Of a DNA stretch of 64,000 nucleotides, positions 35,957 to 50,680 are shown piece by piece. The notes under the pieces are model-generated. The model did no database searches. It was not told where the DNA came from and was given only the letters and a program-made list of their open reading frames with translations. The stretch is from assembly GCF_009914755.1 (NCBI RefSeq), contig NC_060947.1; one strand, written 5' to 3'. This DNA is from the human T2T-CHM13v2.0 reference genome, Homo sapiens. Numbering within the stretch: position 1 is the first letter of the stretch; each line of letters opens with the position of its first letter. A program made the position numbers and the translations under genes.

Positions 35957-36574
35957 ATTTAAGATAACAGCAGTTGCTTGAATTTTTACATACTTCATAA
36001 TAAGCTTCTGCTAGGTCAATAAAAAAGGTGTTCCATCAAGTAAAACGTAATTAATATTTGAGTGCTTTATTCTGTTTATTTTTTAAACTAATACATTTCT
36101 GTATTGCCTCTTGAAAACCCACATTTGAAAACTCCCTCTTTAGCCTGGACGTCTTTTCTTGATATGAAAGATTCTATGTTAGCCTCAGAAGTGACAAATG
36201 CATTAAACAACTGCTATTTATTTATTGAGCACCTACTATGAGTACGTTAGAGTCTAGGAGAAAAATTATGATACTTAAAATATGTCCTTGATCTCAAGGC
36301 ATATCATTTTATTTATGAAGGAGGCATATTCATCTGAAATAATGACCCACAATATAAAAATTAAGTGATGCTTGTGAAATTAGAAATATGTGCTAACCTG
36401 TTTGAAATTCTTTCTCTCGGGCCTTGGGAGTGAGAGAACCATCAAAGGGATGAGGTGAGAGAGGCTCTAATCTAACTACTATAGATAATATGGGAGAGGA
36501 TGTGAGGTGATGAAAACTTGGCCTTATTATTCAAAGACAAACAATTGGAGAACAGTTACAGACATAAGTGCCCT

Positions 36575-36920
36575 TGGTAGGTTGCAAAACTGGCCTTGTT
36601 ATTTCCTCTTCTTATATCCATACATTGGAATACTTTCCTCCTTTAAAGCTAGATTCGACCATGTGACTTGCCAGCTGTAGGCATGCCAGCTCCTAGTCTT
36701 CCATGTTTCTACTTGCCTCTTAGATTTCTGTTATTATCATGAGAAAATGCTGTGTCTAGCCTGTTGGAGGATGAGAGACATGTGGATCACAGCAGTTGCC
36801 CTGGTGAACAGTCAGCTGATTCTAAACATGTGTATAAAAACAGCCAAGGAAGACAGAGCCAGCTTTCTAGCCCGCCACCAGTTGAGCCCAGACACATGAT
36901 CCAATAAGCAGAGTGGTGAC
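36575..36920 (+). mobile_element. Old MLT1-type LTR fragment
   Basis: ccatgtgacttgc...ctagcctgttggaggatgagagacatgtgg. Confidence 0.5.
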
Positions 36921-37249
36921 ACAGTATGAGTAAAAACATGTGTCTATTATTTTATTCATCTCTCTGGGTTTTAAAATGTGAAAATTCTCCAGAATAAAAT
37001 CACCTTATTGCTACTTAAACACTGATACTTATTTCACAACTAATTTGCTGAGTATTCTGTAGAAACACATCTGTCTTTATACAGTATCTATCTGCCAGAG
37101 AACTACTCAAACCGTCTAAAAGGACAAAGCCTTATTTTTAGATACACACTTTAAATTTGCCTCATCGCCGATGAAAATGGGAGGTAATATGAAGAATCCA
37201 ACTCCTACTTAGTCTAGGAGTAGCACTTGGAGACAAAAGTTAACAATAC

Positions 37250-37370
37250 CTTATAAACTTAATTTGTTCTTTCCTGCATCAGGATTTTCAAACCATGCCC
37301 AACTGCTCTTACAAACAGCTGAAAACATCCAGGTTTATTAGAGTTTTTATATTCTCAGGAAAAGATCCAC
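37250..37370 (-). pseudogene. Fossil exon (AAA3 lid)
   Basis: gtgtag| ... AAG|gtattg. Reads ENIKTLINLDVFSCL*EQL ... KEQIKFI, similar to ELLRLWAHEALRVFHDRL ... EDRQWF. Confidence 0.45.
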
Positions 37371-37499
37371 CTACACAGTCAGTAAATTTTTGCAGACATT
37401 AGAAGGCAAAGTGATAATCAGGAAACCTTGTGGAACTAATAAGGAGCAAAGTATAAATAAAGAATTTAAGGAGGTACACAGTAAAAACACAAAATTACT

Positions 37500-37698
37500 T
37501 AATTCACTTCCAGTGTTCTTGAAGGTTTGCCATCAGACTTTCTCTGTACTCCTCCTATTGCAATTCATACGGGCTTCATACCACAAATGCTTATCACACC
37601 GCCTGATCACCGGGACATAGGATTGAGGATCAACCTTCATCCTTGGCTCACAACCCACATTCATTGTTGGACTAGGAATGACCCTCTTTTATTATTCT
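37500..37698 (-). pseudogene. Candidate fossil exon, frame unresolved
   Basis: GC- and CpG-richer non-repeat island with ctaatgcag| acceptor and |gtaatt donor; one frame has a long open run. Confidence 0.3.
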
Positions 37699-39982
37699 CT
37701 GCATTAGACACATACATGTTTGTGTTTATTTATCTATGTTAATAAGAACCTGAGAAATCACCTCTCAACAAGAAAAATAGAACCTGAATAATAACTTAAA
37801 TCATTTGTGAACCTATACAAAACATTCCCCTGTTCACCTCCCACCTAATGGAATTACCATCTGAATCCTGTGTTCTGCATTCCCTAGGTTAAATTTTATA
37901 CAGTTTTAAATTATCTATATATATATTCCTAAAAAGTATATATAAAGATATAGATATATAAATATGATATTAGTCTATATATTATCTTTTCAGGATTTTT
38001 AACTTAAAAATTCTGAGGCACACATATATTATCATGTTTTGCTGTGACTCATTCGTTTTAACTGTGGTACAATATTCCTTTGTGTGAACATACACAGTTC
38101 ATTTATCCATTATTTTCTTCATGAATACTGGGTTATTTACAGGTTTTTGCTCTTACATGTAGTATTACTATGGTCATTCTTACACATGTCTTTTCATGGA
38201 AATATTTGAATTTCCCTTGGAAGTGGAATTATTGACTCAAAAGTAATATATATGTACAATTTTATGAGATATTGTCAAATGTTTTCCAATCTATAAGTGA
38301 TGCTGTGTTTCCATTTCTCCTTTAATATGTGGTATTGTCAGATATTTTTTATTTTAATTTTCACCAATCCAAATGGGAAAAATTGTATATCATTTTGATC
38401 TTTATTTGCTTTTCACTGATGAGAACTCATATTCAAAAATTTATTTGCACAAAGTGTTTTATCATCTGTCCAATGCCTGTTCTTTACTTCTCTTCATTTT
38501 TTCTCTTTTTTTGTTTGTTTTCTTAGCTATTTTTAGAAAATTTTTATGGTCCTAACTTTTTTTTGTCACTTGTGTGCCTACAAGTACATTCCAAGTTTGT
38601 AACTTGATTTTTCGTTTATACATAATGGAGCACTATTCAGCCATAAAAAAGAATGAGATCTTTAAAGTATCTCGTGATGAACAAAAGTTATTTGCCCATA
38701 AATTGTTATATTTAGTATTTTCAAAACTACAGAAAAGTTAAAAGAATAGTACAGTGAATGCCCATTGTTTACAAATATTCACCCTAGGTGAACATCAATA
38801 TTCACCAGCTGTTAACATTTTGCCACATGTGCTTGGTTAACATGTGTTGATGTGCACATTGAACTTGAAAGGAAATTGTCGACATCATGATATTTTCCCC
38901 TTAATTACTTCACCATTTACCTCTTAAGAAGGACATTGTCTTATATAATCACAATACCATTATATATTTTAAATCACTTAAAAATTATAATTTTATATCA
39001 CCTAGTTCCAATATTCAAATTTCCCCACTCGTTCTCAAATATTAAAAGCTATCTTCTATAGCTTTTAAAAATCCAAAGTTCACAAACTTATTTCAGTTTT
39101 TATATCATCTTCAATTTCAAACAGTTCTCTGCCTTTTTGTTTTTCATGGATCATTTTTTATACTTGTTTTTTTCTCATTATATTGGATTTTTGAAGAATC
39201 TCGTCTGTTGTCTTTTATAATATCATTAATTGCTGAAGTTTAGTAATTGTTTTCTCATGATTAGATTTATGACAAATATTTTTGGCATAAATGCTTTATA
39301 GGGTTTTTTTGTTGATACGAAATAATTGTACATACTTATGGGTACATGTGATATTTTCATATATACATACAATGTGTAATGATCAAATCAGAATAATTGA
39401 GATATCTATCACCTCAAACATTTCTTTGTGCTGAGAAAATTGCAAATCTTCTCTTCCAGCTTTTTGAAATATACAATAAATGTTTGATAAGTATAATCAC
39501 CCTACTGTGCTATCAAACACTAGAACTTATTCTTTTATGAGGAAAGTTATTGCCTTAATCAGCGAACTAAGGAAAGACTTTTATTTTTATATTGTCTTCC
39601 TATCTGTGAATATAGTATATTTCACCATTGATTTAGGTCTTATTTAATGTCACTCAGTAGAATTTTGTAATTCTGTCAAGGTTTTGCATATTTTTGTTAT
39701 TCTTAGATATGTGATATTTTGCAATACCAATTTAAGTAGTCTTTTTAAAAACATTTTTTGGTTTCTTGTTTATGACATATTGCAATATTATTGATTTCTA
39801 TAAATTAACATTCCATCCAACCAACTGCTAAACCCACCTATTATTTCTACTAAGTTGTCCACACATTCTTTTGAGTGTTCTCAATAAATAATTAAATCAC
39901 CCCTAAAAAATGAATTTTATTTTTTCCTCTCTAATCCTTTTGTTACTAATAATACTACTTGACTGCCTTATTTTGCTGACTA

Positions 39983-40309
<327 letters not shown>

Positions 40310-41333
40310 CTAGTTTTTAATATGTATATTTTTATCAGGTTTTGGAAATTGGCTTTTGTTCCTCATTTACTAGAAGTTTTTGTTAAATATTTACGTTGAT
40401 TTTATTGAGTGCATTTTCTGCATCTATTTAATGATTATATGATTTTTCATTTCTAACTCATCGAAAATTATCTAGAATTAAACCACCATTATATATCTGA
40501 AATAAAGCTAACTTGGACACAGTGTGTGTATATTATTATACACTGTTGGAATTGACTTGTTATGTTTTAAGGGTTTTTCATGAAAAAAAAATAGCCTGAT
40601 ACTTTTTATTTGTAGTATCGTTGTATGGTTTTGGCATCAAGATTATCCTGATTTTGTAAAATAGGTGGGGAGTATTACTCTTCTAATCTTGAAAGATTTT
40701 ATTTAAGATTGACATGAGTTTGAATGACTGGTTAATTTTTCCTGTAACACTATCTTATTTTTCAATTTATTTAATTTTCATAGAACTAAGAATTTCTAAG
40801 AATTTTAAAAATGTGTCTATGTTTTTATAATTGTTGACATATTACCATAGGAAGAATTCTCTTATCTCAATTTCTACTTATAATTATGAATCCTTTTAAA
40901 GCATATTGTTTCTTCGTGTCTCCTCTCTTCTTTTGATCAATGTTGATAGACGTCTACTAATTTTGTTTTGTTGTTTGAAGAACTAACTTCAAGTGTTAAA
41001 AACACTTTAATGTCTACTGTTTCTTTTACTATTTTATTTAATTATCATAATCAACTGATTTCTTTATTGTTGAGGATATCCTATTGTTCAGTTTTCTACC
41101 TTAAGTTGGACTCGTAACTCATTCATTTTGAGTTTGTATTGTTTAATATTATAAATACTGAAGGCTTTAAATTACCCTTAATGTACCACTTTTTATTGCC
41201 TTCTATAGTTTGATACGTTTAGATTTTCATTGCCAATTATCTGATTTATTTAAAATATCCATTATTATTTAATTATTTAGCACTGTGTTTCTAAATTTCT
41301 GATGTGGGGAAATTTTAGGTTGTTATTAAGTTC

Positions 41334-41634
41334 TTTTTTTTTTTTTTTTTTTTGAGGCAGAGTCTCGATCTGTAGCCCAGGCTGGAGTGCAGTAGCGCAA
41401 TCTCGGCTCACTGCAAGCTCCGCCTCCCGGGTTCACGCCATTCTCCTGCCTCAGCTTCCTGAGTAGCTGGGACTACAGGCGCCAGCCACCACGCCCAGCT
41501 AATTTTTTGTATTTTTAGTAGAGCCGGGGTTTCACCGTGTTAGCCAGGATGGTCTCGATCTCCTGACCTCGTGATCTGCCGGCCTCGGCCTCCCAAAGTG
41601 CTGGGATTACAGGAGTGAGCCACTGCGCCCGGCC
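41334..41634 (-). mobile_element. AluY
   Basis: Diagnostic gcaagctccg, ttcacgccattc, ttagccaggatgg. Confidence 0.97.
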
Positions 41635-42905
41635 TGTTATTAACGTCTAAATTGCATTGAGAACAAAATGCGTGGAGAATATGATGCCTGTTCTTTAAAA
41701 TTTGCTGAGATTTGCTCTTCACTTAGTAAATCATCAGTTTAGAATATCGTCCATGGGTTCTGAAAAGGATTTGCTTTTTCTTTTTCTTCACATGGCTAAG
41801 TGGGATTTATTCCTGGAATTCATAAGAAAATACATTCAATATATGAATACAAATCAATGTGATACACAGTATTAATGGAATAAAGGACGAAAAGAAAAAC
41901 ACATGGTTACCTCAATAACTGCAGAAAAGGTACTTAAAAATTCAATACCTTTTCATGATAAACAAAAAGTCAACAAACTACGAATAGAGGTTAATTTCCT
42001 CCACCTGATAAAGCACAGGATATGCTTTTTCTTCTTTTTGGATGTAGAATTCTGTGTTTGTCCAATAGGTCAAGCGTCTGTTAGCATTTTCTCAGGTGCA
42101 TCATATTACTGCTTTTTGGGAGCAACTTGACATATCAAAAAGAGCTGTGTTAAAATCTGTTAGAATAATGGTGAATTTATCAACTTCTCATGAGTTGTGT
42201 TACATCTTTGAGAATATATTTTAAGTGTATACATACTTAGAATTTTTAACTTTCTGGTTAGTTGCAACTTTTATTGTCATGTAGTTACCTACTCTATCTC
42301 TAATAACACGTTTTGCCTTAAATTCTATTTTATTTGATATTAATGCTGTTCTGTCAGCTTTTTTGGCTAGTATATGTCTTATATCATGTTTATATAATTT
42401 ACTTTAAACATTTATTTTTTCTTATGCTTTAGTGCTCATTCTTGATATTTTTTTATGCACTGTTGTAGAATTGGAGGTCCAACCAGATTTGGCATGTTTA
42501 TTTGTTTTCTTATATTCTCAGCATTTCAGTATACATTTGTTTCATTGAATTGTAGTCACCATGTGTTGGTCCACTCTCTACTGTCTATCTAAAAAAGAAT
42601 CTGACTTCTCATTCTAGTTCTTTGGCTACTTCAAAAGTAATTTTTAAAGGTTTTTTTAAAGAAGATATTGAATTCCTTGGCATTTAAATTTATTTAAAGC
42701 AGTCTAAAACACCCCTGGAAAATTACATTTCTAAGATAATTTCAGAATTAAGCTCTATCTTAAAGTGCCAATATGTGTGGTAATGATTCTACAAACCTAT
42801 CTACTGTTTGCCTCCATTCATCACACCCTCAATTCCTGTGCATGAGAAGTCATGAGTGCAAATAGAACTGGTGGAAGAATCTGGGGTCAAAATATCTAGG
42901 AGTAA

Positions 42906-43191
<286 letters not shown>

Positions 43192-44024
43192 TAGAAGTAT
43201 TCAATAAATGTTTCAATTACTTATTAATTAATTAATCAGTTTAAGTACCTAGATTCTGGGTTGCCAAAGCTGTTACTAATAGGATGACTCAGTTTATTAT
43301 CATTATTAAATTGCTACAATGTAATGTCAGAAAAACGCTGAGATATCAAAAAGGGAACAGTGAAATGGACCAAGGGTTCTAAAGGTCCCCTTTTTAAAAT
43401 CAGGATAAATAGGATGAAGCAATGAATGTCCCTCATTTCTATTCATTATATTGAAAATGTTCATATAATCTCCTGGTCCTAAGCTGTGTTATTTATTATT
43501 ATTCTGATTTTTTTAGATAAAGGAAAAAGCAGTGCATGGAAGCTGAATATAAGGTATGGGCAAACCAAGATCATTCATCTCATACGGTAATTATCTCTAA
43601 AGCAAGGGCTCCTCCAGGGTATTCCCTTTGCAGCAGAAGGGTCATTTTATCTTAAGGTCATGCCTACCTAAATTTCCCTATTCCCTAATGTTAGCATCGA
43701 TAACCCACGCTGGGATTAATACAGCATACCTGCCTAAAATAACCTTCTATTACAAGGCTGGATAGTTCTCAAGACCACCTTTATTATCAATCTTATGTAA
43801 TGATGAAAACACAAGGTTAGAAAGTTTAGATTTAATGTGAATCTATGAGATTCTTCTTCATAGTAACATGGGATGATAATGATTCAAGGTAATGGGAGAA
43901 TCTATAGCATGCTATTGATTACTTCAAACTACAGATAAAAGACAAAACTCACAAATTAGGCAAACTATGGACAAATAGCATATAACTGAGTTTATTACTG
44001 TGCTGGGGGAGTAAGTAAGCTTAC

Positions 44025-44113
44025 CTCAGATTCTCTACTGCTTCAAAATTTTATTTCAAGTGTTGTAGAGATGGTTTACTTCATCCAATCTAGATAATTA
44101 TTTTATGTCTATT
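44025..44113 (-). pseudogene. Candidate fossil exon, frame unresolved
   Basis: cctttcccag| ... GAG|gtaagc (consensus donor). All frames contain stops. Confidence 0.35.
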
Positions 44114-44174
44114 CTGGGAAAGGTATGCTATCACGTATTCTTCATATATAAAGATGTATGTTACATAAACCATG

Positions 44175-44360
44175 CTAGCGTAGCAATATAGTGCAGTGCA
44201 AAGAGTACTTAACTCGACACATTTGAGTTAAGTACAGTTGGGTACAAATCCTGGCAAGACTTGGGAAAAAGCAATTATCCAAGTAATTATAACCCATCTG
44301 TAAAAGGCTATAATAACAGGATTGATGTGAAGATTTAGTGAGATTACCTGCGTAAATCAT
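44175..44360 (+). mobile_element. MIR
   Basis: tgggtacaaatcctggc...cttgggaaa...catctgtaaaa...gatgtgaagattta. Confidence 0.5.
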
Positions 44361-44679
44361 CCACTAAGTAATTCATTCTCCAATATCTTGTTCTCTTTTA
44401 GTCTCTTCAGTAACACTCTATGAAATGTTTGAAAGGGTAAATGTATGTATGGCTGTTTAAGAGCTGCAACAATTTAGAATTTAAGACTATTTTTTTAATG
44501 CAGAGGCAGTCTAAAAATTTTGAAGTGAAATGTAATTAGAACTCTTTCATATAATATCAGTTAAAGTGAGAAACAGAATGAGAGAGACCATCATCATTCT
44601 CAAGTGTTGCTCATATAGAGAAAAATATACATATATATGATCTGGGTATGAAAAAATTATACAAACACGAAAGTAAAAA

Positions 44680-45030
44680 TACATTATATAAAATGTACTA
44701 TTTTACATATCACATTCCATGCATCATATATATTATATAAAATACATGTTACATTTGTATTATATACTATGTTATAATTTTATATTATACTATATACTAA
44801 ATACACATCATAATATATTACATCCACCATATCGTGTAATATTCATCAATGTAGTATATTATGTACATTATATATAATGCTATTTATTGCTGTATATTAT
44901 ATATCTTAATCACTTACATGTTAGTATATTATTTATTGTACATGACATCCTACATATTTATAATACATATTATATATTACATATTACATACTATGTGTGT
45001 AAATATAGAGATTTGCCTTGCATGTGTGTA
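44680..45030. repeat. Degenerate TA-rich low-complexity tract
   Basis: Imperfect tata/cata runs. Confidence 0.7.
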
Positions 45031-45649
45031 TAAAATAATCACTTATTGTAGTTATTATCCTATTTTCCCCATTTAATGAAAGATTTCTTACTGAGTGAGA
45101 AATTATATTAGTAGATTTTTAAAAAGATTGTTGTTACACTCGTAGTTGCTGCATGTTAGGAAAAGTAGGTTGAATGTTTCATAGGATTAAATTAAAAGAA
45201 TATCACAATAGAATTAAGAAAAATGTATATTCTAGTGATATATTAATAAAAAGAATTTTTATTATTTGAAACAATGGTTCTACTTTATGTCATTCCACTT
45301 TATATCTCCAATTTAGCTATTTTTAAAATTTGCATTTCATTCCAATTTTTACACTGGATTTTAAACAGCAGTGGTAGAGTGGAATCCTTTCTGTCCATAG
45401 ATAACAAAATTTCTCTCTAGTTGATCTGAAGAATTCCCTTGTTTCTATATCAGAAGTGGTAACTCTGTGAGCATTCTGTCTATTTGAACCCTTTTAATAT
45501 TATCAGGTACTCTCTGTAATTACAGAACATCTAGATAAATTTAGTACTATGAACACAGACTTTGTGTTCCTAAAACAGTTTGCAGTGATAAACTAACTCA
45601 TATTTCTGCCTTATTCTTTACTGAGCCATTAAAGTCACACTTTTTTGAT

Positions 45650-45930
45650 ACTATAATGTACAAACTTAATTTTATTATAACTTTCCAATACAATAAAAAC
45701 TTCCTTTTGCTGCTTCAGCATTGTACTAGCAGGCTTTCATAATAGCTGTGACATTAGAAAAGGTCAAATGTTAGCTTTTCACACAAAGAGAAGATGCGAA
45801 TATATATCTAAAATTAATTAACATCATCAAGAAAAATGAAAATCCAGAACAGTTTTTCCAAACTAATATGATTACCACCTCACAAAGTTTCTTCCCCGGC
45901 AGCTCCACAAATTCACGGTACACAGGCGAG
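45650..45930 (-). pseudogene. Probable fossil exon (AAA3 lid); boundaries uncertain
   Basis: Long mostly open frame VYREFVELPGKKLCEV ... CVKS*HLTFSNVTAIMKAC, loosely like PTKSHYTFNLRDLSRVFQG. The 5' side abuts a MIR. Confidence 0.35.
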
Positions 45931-45934
45931 AGTA

Positions 45935-46185
45935 GAGTAAGGTGGGAGAAGCACAGGCCCGGGAATCAAATGGATGGGTGTTAGAATCTCATTCTGGCAC
46001 TTATGAGCTATAGATGACCTTCAGCAAGTCACATCACCTTCCTAAGACTTGGCGTGTATTTGTTTGTTTCTTTGTTCATTTGTTTTTCTGCAAAATGGAG
46101 ATAACAATAACTACATGAAACCTTGTGTGCAAAGTATATAGCATAGAGCCAAGCCTACAATGTGCAATCTATAAATTACTATTTT
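45935..46185 (+). mobile_element. MIR
   Basis: gatgaccttcagcaagtcac...tctgcaaaatggagataacaata. Confidence 0.65.
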
Positions 46186-47258
46186 CACTCATCTTATTTT
46201 GCAGTAGCATTCCAACTGAAGTCCTTGCCTCTAGTCTTCCTCAATACTCCATCCTTTGCTGAAATGCCTTCCTCTATAAACGATTCTTAATTCATACCAA
46301 TCAACTACTATCTTTCTGAATTTATCTTTAAATGTTCTTCTTCCACAACAAACTTTATGTCCAAGTACATAGGCCTACTTTTCTTTGATCCAGGTATTCA
46401 GATATGGCCTATGCAATTCAGATGTAAATATTTAGAAACTACCGAAAAGAAATTTATGAAAATGAGCTCTGTGTACCTAGCATTATGCTAGACACTGAGC
46501 GATGATAAAGATACATCAGAAACGATTCCTGTTTTCAGGGACAGGAAGCTTTCTGTCTATAGAGGGACATTGCTTTTTTTACTTTTTTTTTTTTAACTTG
46601 GATTGTTTAGAACCAGAAACTAAATATGGTGGAATATTTTCCAAATGTTAGTAACATTATAGTTATCCAGGTTTCAATGTTATTAATCTTAATAATATTA
46701 AAGCAAGAGTATCAGAAGGGTTTGACTTGATTTCCCTTTTTTCTTTAAGCCAAGAAGCACACAGAGTGAACATTTATTTTATAGCAACAATGTCCTTGTA
46801 AAGCAGTAGCAATGATGAGCTTTCAGTGCATGCTATATAAACAATATATGCATTAAGCTATGTGGGATCATGAAGACACTGTTAAGTGAGATTAACCTTT
46901 CTCTTTATTAAGCCATTTGCTCCATGTAGTCCAAAAAACAAAACAGAAAGACAGAAAAAATTAAAATAAATATCCACAGAGTTAATATTCTCAACCTGGA
47001 GATAAGCTTGCAATCTGGAACACTGCAAAGGGATATATTGTTTGTATGCGTGTACTGTTTCTTAAATATTCCCCCAAATTCCCACATGTGTGACAAGTTG
47101 TGTGCCATCGGTAGCAGAGAGAAAGAAGGCAGGGCACAGTTAAGAGGATGCTCTTATGAGAGCATTTTGCATGTTGACAATAAAAAAATTAAAAGGCCAA
47201 GTTCATTCATTACAATATAGATAAGCATTACTGAGAGGTAGAAAATTGGATTTCTTAC

Positions 47259-47400
47259 TCTTGCCAAAAATTTTGTAAAAGGTATCCAGATTGCTCCAAA
47301 AGAGCAAGAAGACTTTTTGGAGATACTTTTTTGCTTTTCTCTATGCTGAGGCTGCCCCCTTAGCAGCACAACAGATGAAGGAAGAGGAATAGAAATTGCA
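47259..47400 (-). pseudogene. Fossil exon (dynein AAA3 after Walker B)
   Basis: aactttcag| ... AGA|gtaaga. One frame reads VSPKSLLALLEQSGYLLQNFWQ, similar to QPPIELLRQLLDYGGWY....FW. Confidence 0.55.
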
Positions 47401-48855
47401 CTGAAAGTTGCTATTCAACTAAGTTTTGCTTTCTGACCATTTCCTTGTCCTCCAGTGCTCTGAAGTCAACTTTGAAAGACCAATATGCCTTCTCTGCTAA
47501 TGGAATTCTTCCTTATTTTTTTATTCTCCCCTTCACCATGAAAAGACATTTTATAGTACCTTGGGTCCCTTTAGCTTTTACCATCTGTGGGCTCCAAAAC
47601 TCTACTAACTAGAAAGGTAGCCTAAAGTGTATAGAACTAGGCCTCTACCCCAAGGAATTTTGTAATCTGCAAGGCTAGCCAAGTCAAACCTTTCTAACAA
47701 AGGGATTAAAAGTCAGACTGGTCATAAGAGTTCATCTAGTCTATTCACGCAACAAAACTACCATCTGTATTTTCAGACCACCAAGGATGATAAACCCACA
47801 AATGATTTTACCTTTCCAGAGAGCATAAGTTCAGCTCTATTACAAGGAATCTCCTTTCGTTGTTACATGTCTTCAATTATTGGAAAACATTAGCTTACAC
47901 TAAATAGAAATTAGTCTTCCTTTAATTTCTACCCTAGAGTACTCTCTGGTATATAAGAGGATAATTTCCCTCCTCTAAAGAATAATATAACCACAAGTAT
48001 GTATAGTCCTGCACACAAATCATGTTCATCAACACTTCAAATGTTTAGTGTCATGGAGTAATATGGCATCAAAATTTGTGTATATTAATTTTTTAAGAAA
48101 AATATTTTAAATCAAATGAAAATTCAGCATCCTAAATAGAGTATTATAAGTGTAATTTATATTTTGTTCAATAGCAACTTTCAATGCAATTTCTATGCCT
48201 CTTCCTTTAAGTTATCACCAGTATTAAAATAAATCGTTGTATTGTTCTCTAATATATTGATGCCTTCAGGATTTGTGGAATGTGGTAGAAAAATGTGTAC
48301 CTATACTATATGTTCCTAGGATGTTTACCTTTGGGTCTTTGTATATTTTTTCTATATATATTTTTCCCCATTGTTTCTAAGTATCAGATTGTGAGGTCCT
48401 GCCCTTGTCACCTTGTCTGTCTCTGCCTCTGGCTGAAACTCTGTGCTTTTTAAAAATTTTTTTTCTTTTGTGGACAAGAATATTTCTTTTCTTTTTCTTT
48501 TTTAAAATATATTTAAATGGTACAAATGCAATTTTGTTATGTGTATATATTGCATAGCATTGAAGTCTATGCTTTCATCGTACCCATTACCCAAATAGTG
48601 AACACTGTAATTCAAGTAGTTTTTCAACCCTCACCCCATGCCCAACCTCCCTCCTTTTGGGGTCTCCAATATCTATTATTCTACTCTGTGTGTATGTGTG
48701 TAACCATTGTCTAGCTCTCACTTGTATGTAAGAACATGCAGTATTTGACCTTCTGTATCTGAATTATTTCACTTAGGATAATGGCCTCCAGCTCCATCCA
48801 TGTTGCTTCAAAAGACACGATGGCATTCTTTTTATGGCTGTATGGTATTCTATGA

Positions 48856-48893
<38 letters not shown>

Positions 48894-50254
48894 TTTGTAT
48901 ACATACATACCACATTTTCTTTATTCAATTTTCTGTTGCTGGACACTTATCTTGGTTCTGTAACTTTGCTGTTGTGAATAGTGCTGTGATAAATATATGA
49001 ATTCAAGTGTCTTTTTGATATAATGATATCTTTTCCTTTGGGTAGATACCTAGTATTGGGATTGCTGGATCTAATGGTAGTTCTAGTTCTAGTTCCATAC
49101 TGTTTTCCATAGAGGATGTACCAAATTACATTCCCAGCAAAAGTATATAAGTGTTCTCTTTTCTCTGCATCCTTGAAAACAGTAGTTGTTTTTTGACTTC
49201 TTGATAATAGTCATTCAGATTGGTGTAAGCTGGTATCTCATTGTGTTTTTAATTTGCATTTGGCTGATGATTAGTAATGTCAAGAATGTTTTATATCCTT
49301 GTTGGCCATTTGTATGTCTTCTTTAGAAAAATTTCTGTTCATGTCGTTTGCCCACTTTTTAATGGGGTTCTTTGCTTCGGTCTTGCTGAGTTGTTTGAAT
49401 TCCCTGTAGATTCTGGATACTAGTCCTTTGTTGCATGCATAGTTCACAAATATTTTCTCCCATTCTGTAGATTTTCTGTTTACCCTGTTGATTATTTGTG
49501 TTCTGCAGAAGCTGTTTAGTTAAGTCCCATTTGTCTGTTTTTGGTTTTGTTACATTTGCCTTTGAGGACTTAGTCATAAATAATTTGCCTAGGCCAGTGA
49601 TCAGAAGAGGTTTTCCTAGGCTTTCTTCTAGGATTTTTATAGTGTCAGGTCTTACATCTAAGTCTTTAATCCATTTTGAGTTAATTTTTATATATGGTGA
49701 AAGATAGGAGCCCAGTTTTATTGTTTTTCATATGGCTATCCAGTTTTCCCAGGAAAATGTATTAAACAGGGTGCCCTTTCCCCAGTGTGTATTTGTATCA
49801 ACTTTGCCAAAGATTAGTTGATTGTAGGTATGTGGCTTTATTTCTGGGTTCTCTATTCTGTTCCGTTGATCTATGTGTCTATTTGTATACCAATACCACG
49901 TTGTTTGAGTCACTGTAGCCTGTAATATAGTTTGAAGTCAGGTAATTTGATTCCTCCAACTTTGTTCTTTCTGCTTAGGATTGCTTTGGCTATTCAGGCT
50001 CCTTACTGGATCCATGTGAGGCTTAGGATTTTTTTCCTGGTCTGTGAAACATGCCATTTGTAATTTGACAGGAATTGCATTGAATCTGTAGATTGCTTTG
50101 GTCAATATCGTCATTTTAATGATATTAGTTTTTCCAGTGCATGAGCATGGGATGTTTTTCCACTTGTTAATGTTACCTACAATTTCTTTCGGCAGTGTTT
50201 TGTAATTTCCCTTATAGGGATGTTTCACCTCCTTGAGTAAATATATTTCTAGGT

Positions 50255-50623
50255 ATTTTTTTTATTTCAATAGTTTTTGGGGGACAGGTGGTGTTTGGTT
50301 ACATGGATAAGTTCTTTAGTGGTGATTTCTAAGATTTTGGTGCACCCATCACCCAAGCAGTGTACACTGTACCCAATGTGTAGTATTTTATCCCTCAACA
50401 CCCCTCACCCATCCCCCCAAGTCCTTAAAGTCCGTTGTATCATTTTTATGCCTTTGCATCCTCATAGCTTAGCTGCCACTTATAAGTGGGAACATACGAT
50501 GTTTGGTTGTCCACTCCTGAGTTACTTCAATTGTAATAATGGTCTCCAACTCCATCCAGGTATTCGCATTGCTGTGAATGCTGTTATTTCCTTCCTTTTT
50601 ATAGCTGAGTAGTATTCATGGTG

Positions 50624-50661
<38 letters not shown>

Positions 50662-50680
50662 ATATATATATGCCAAATAG
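50255..50680 (-). mobile_element. L1PB1-type 3' fragment nested in the older L1, with (TA)n
   Basis: tttcaatagtttttggggg...aagttctttagtggtgatttc. Confidence 0.85.

Noticed and set aside
47720-47980. Plus-strand acceptor at about 47776 with an open frame
   Set aside because: The sequence resembles a decayed L3/CR1 fragment, and there is no matching donor.
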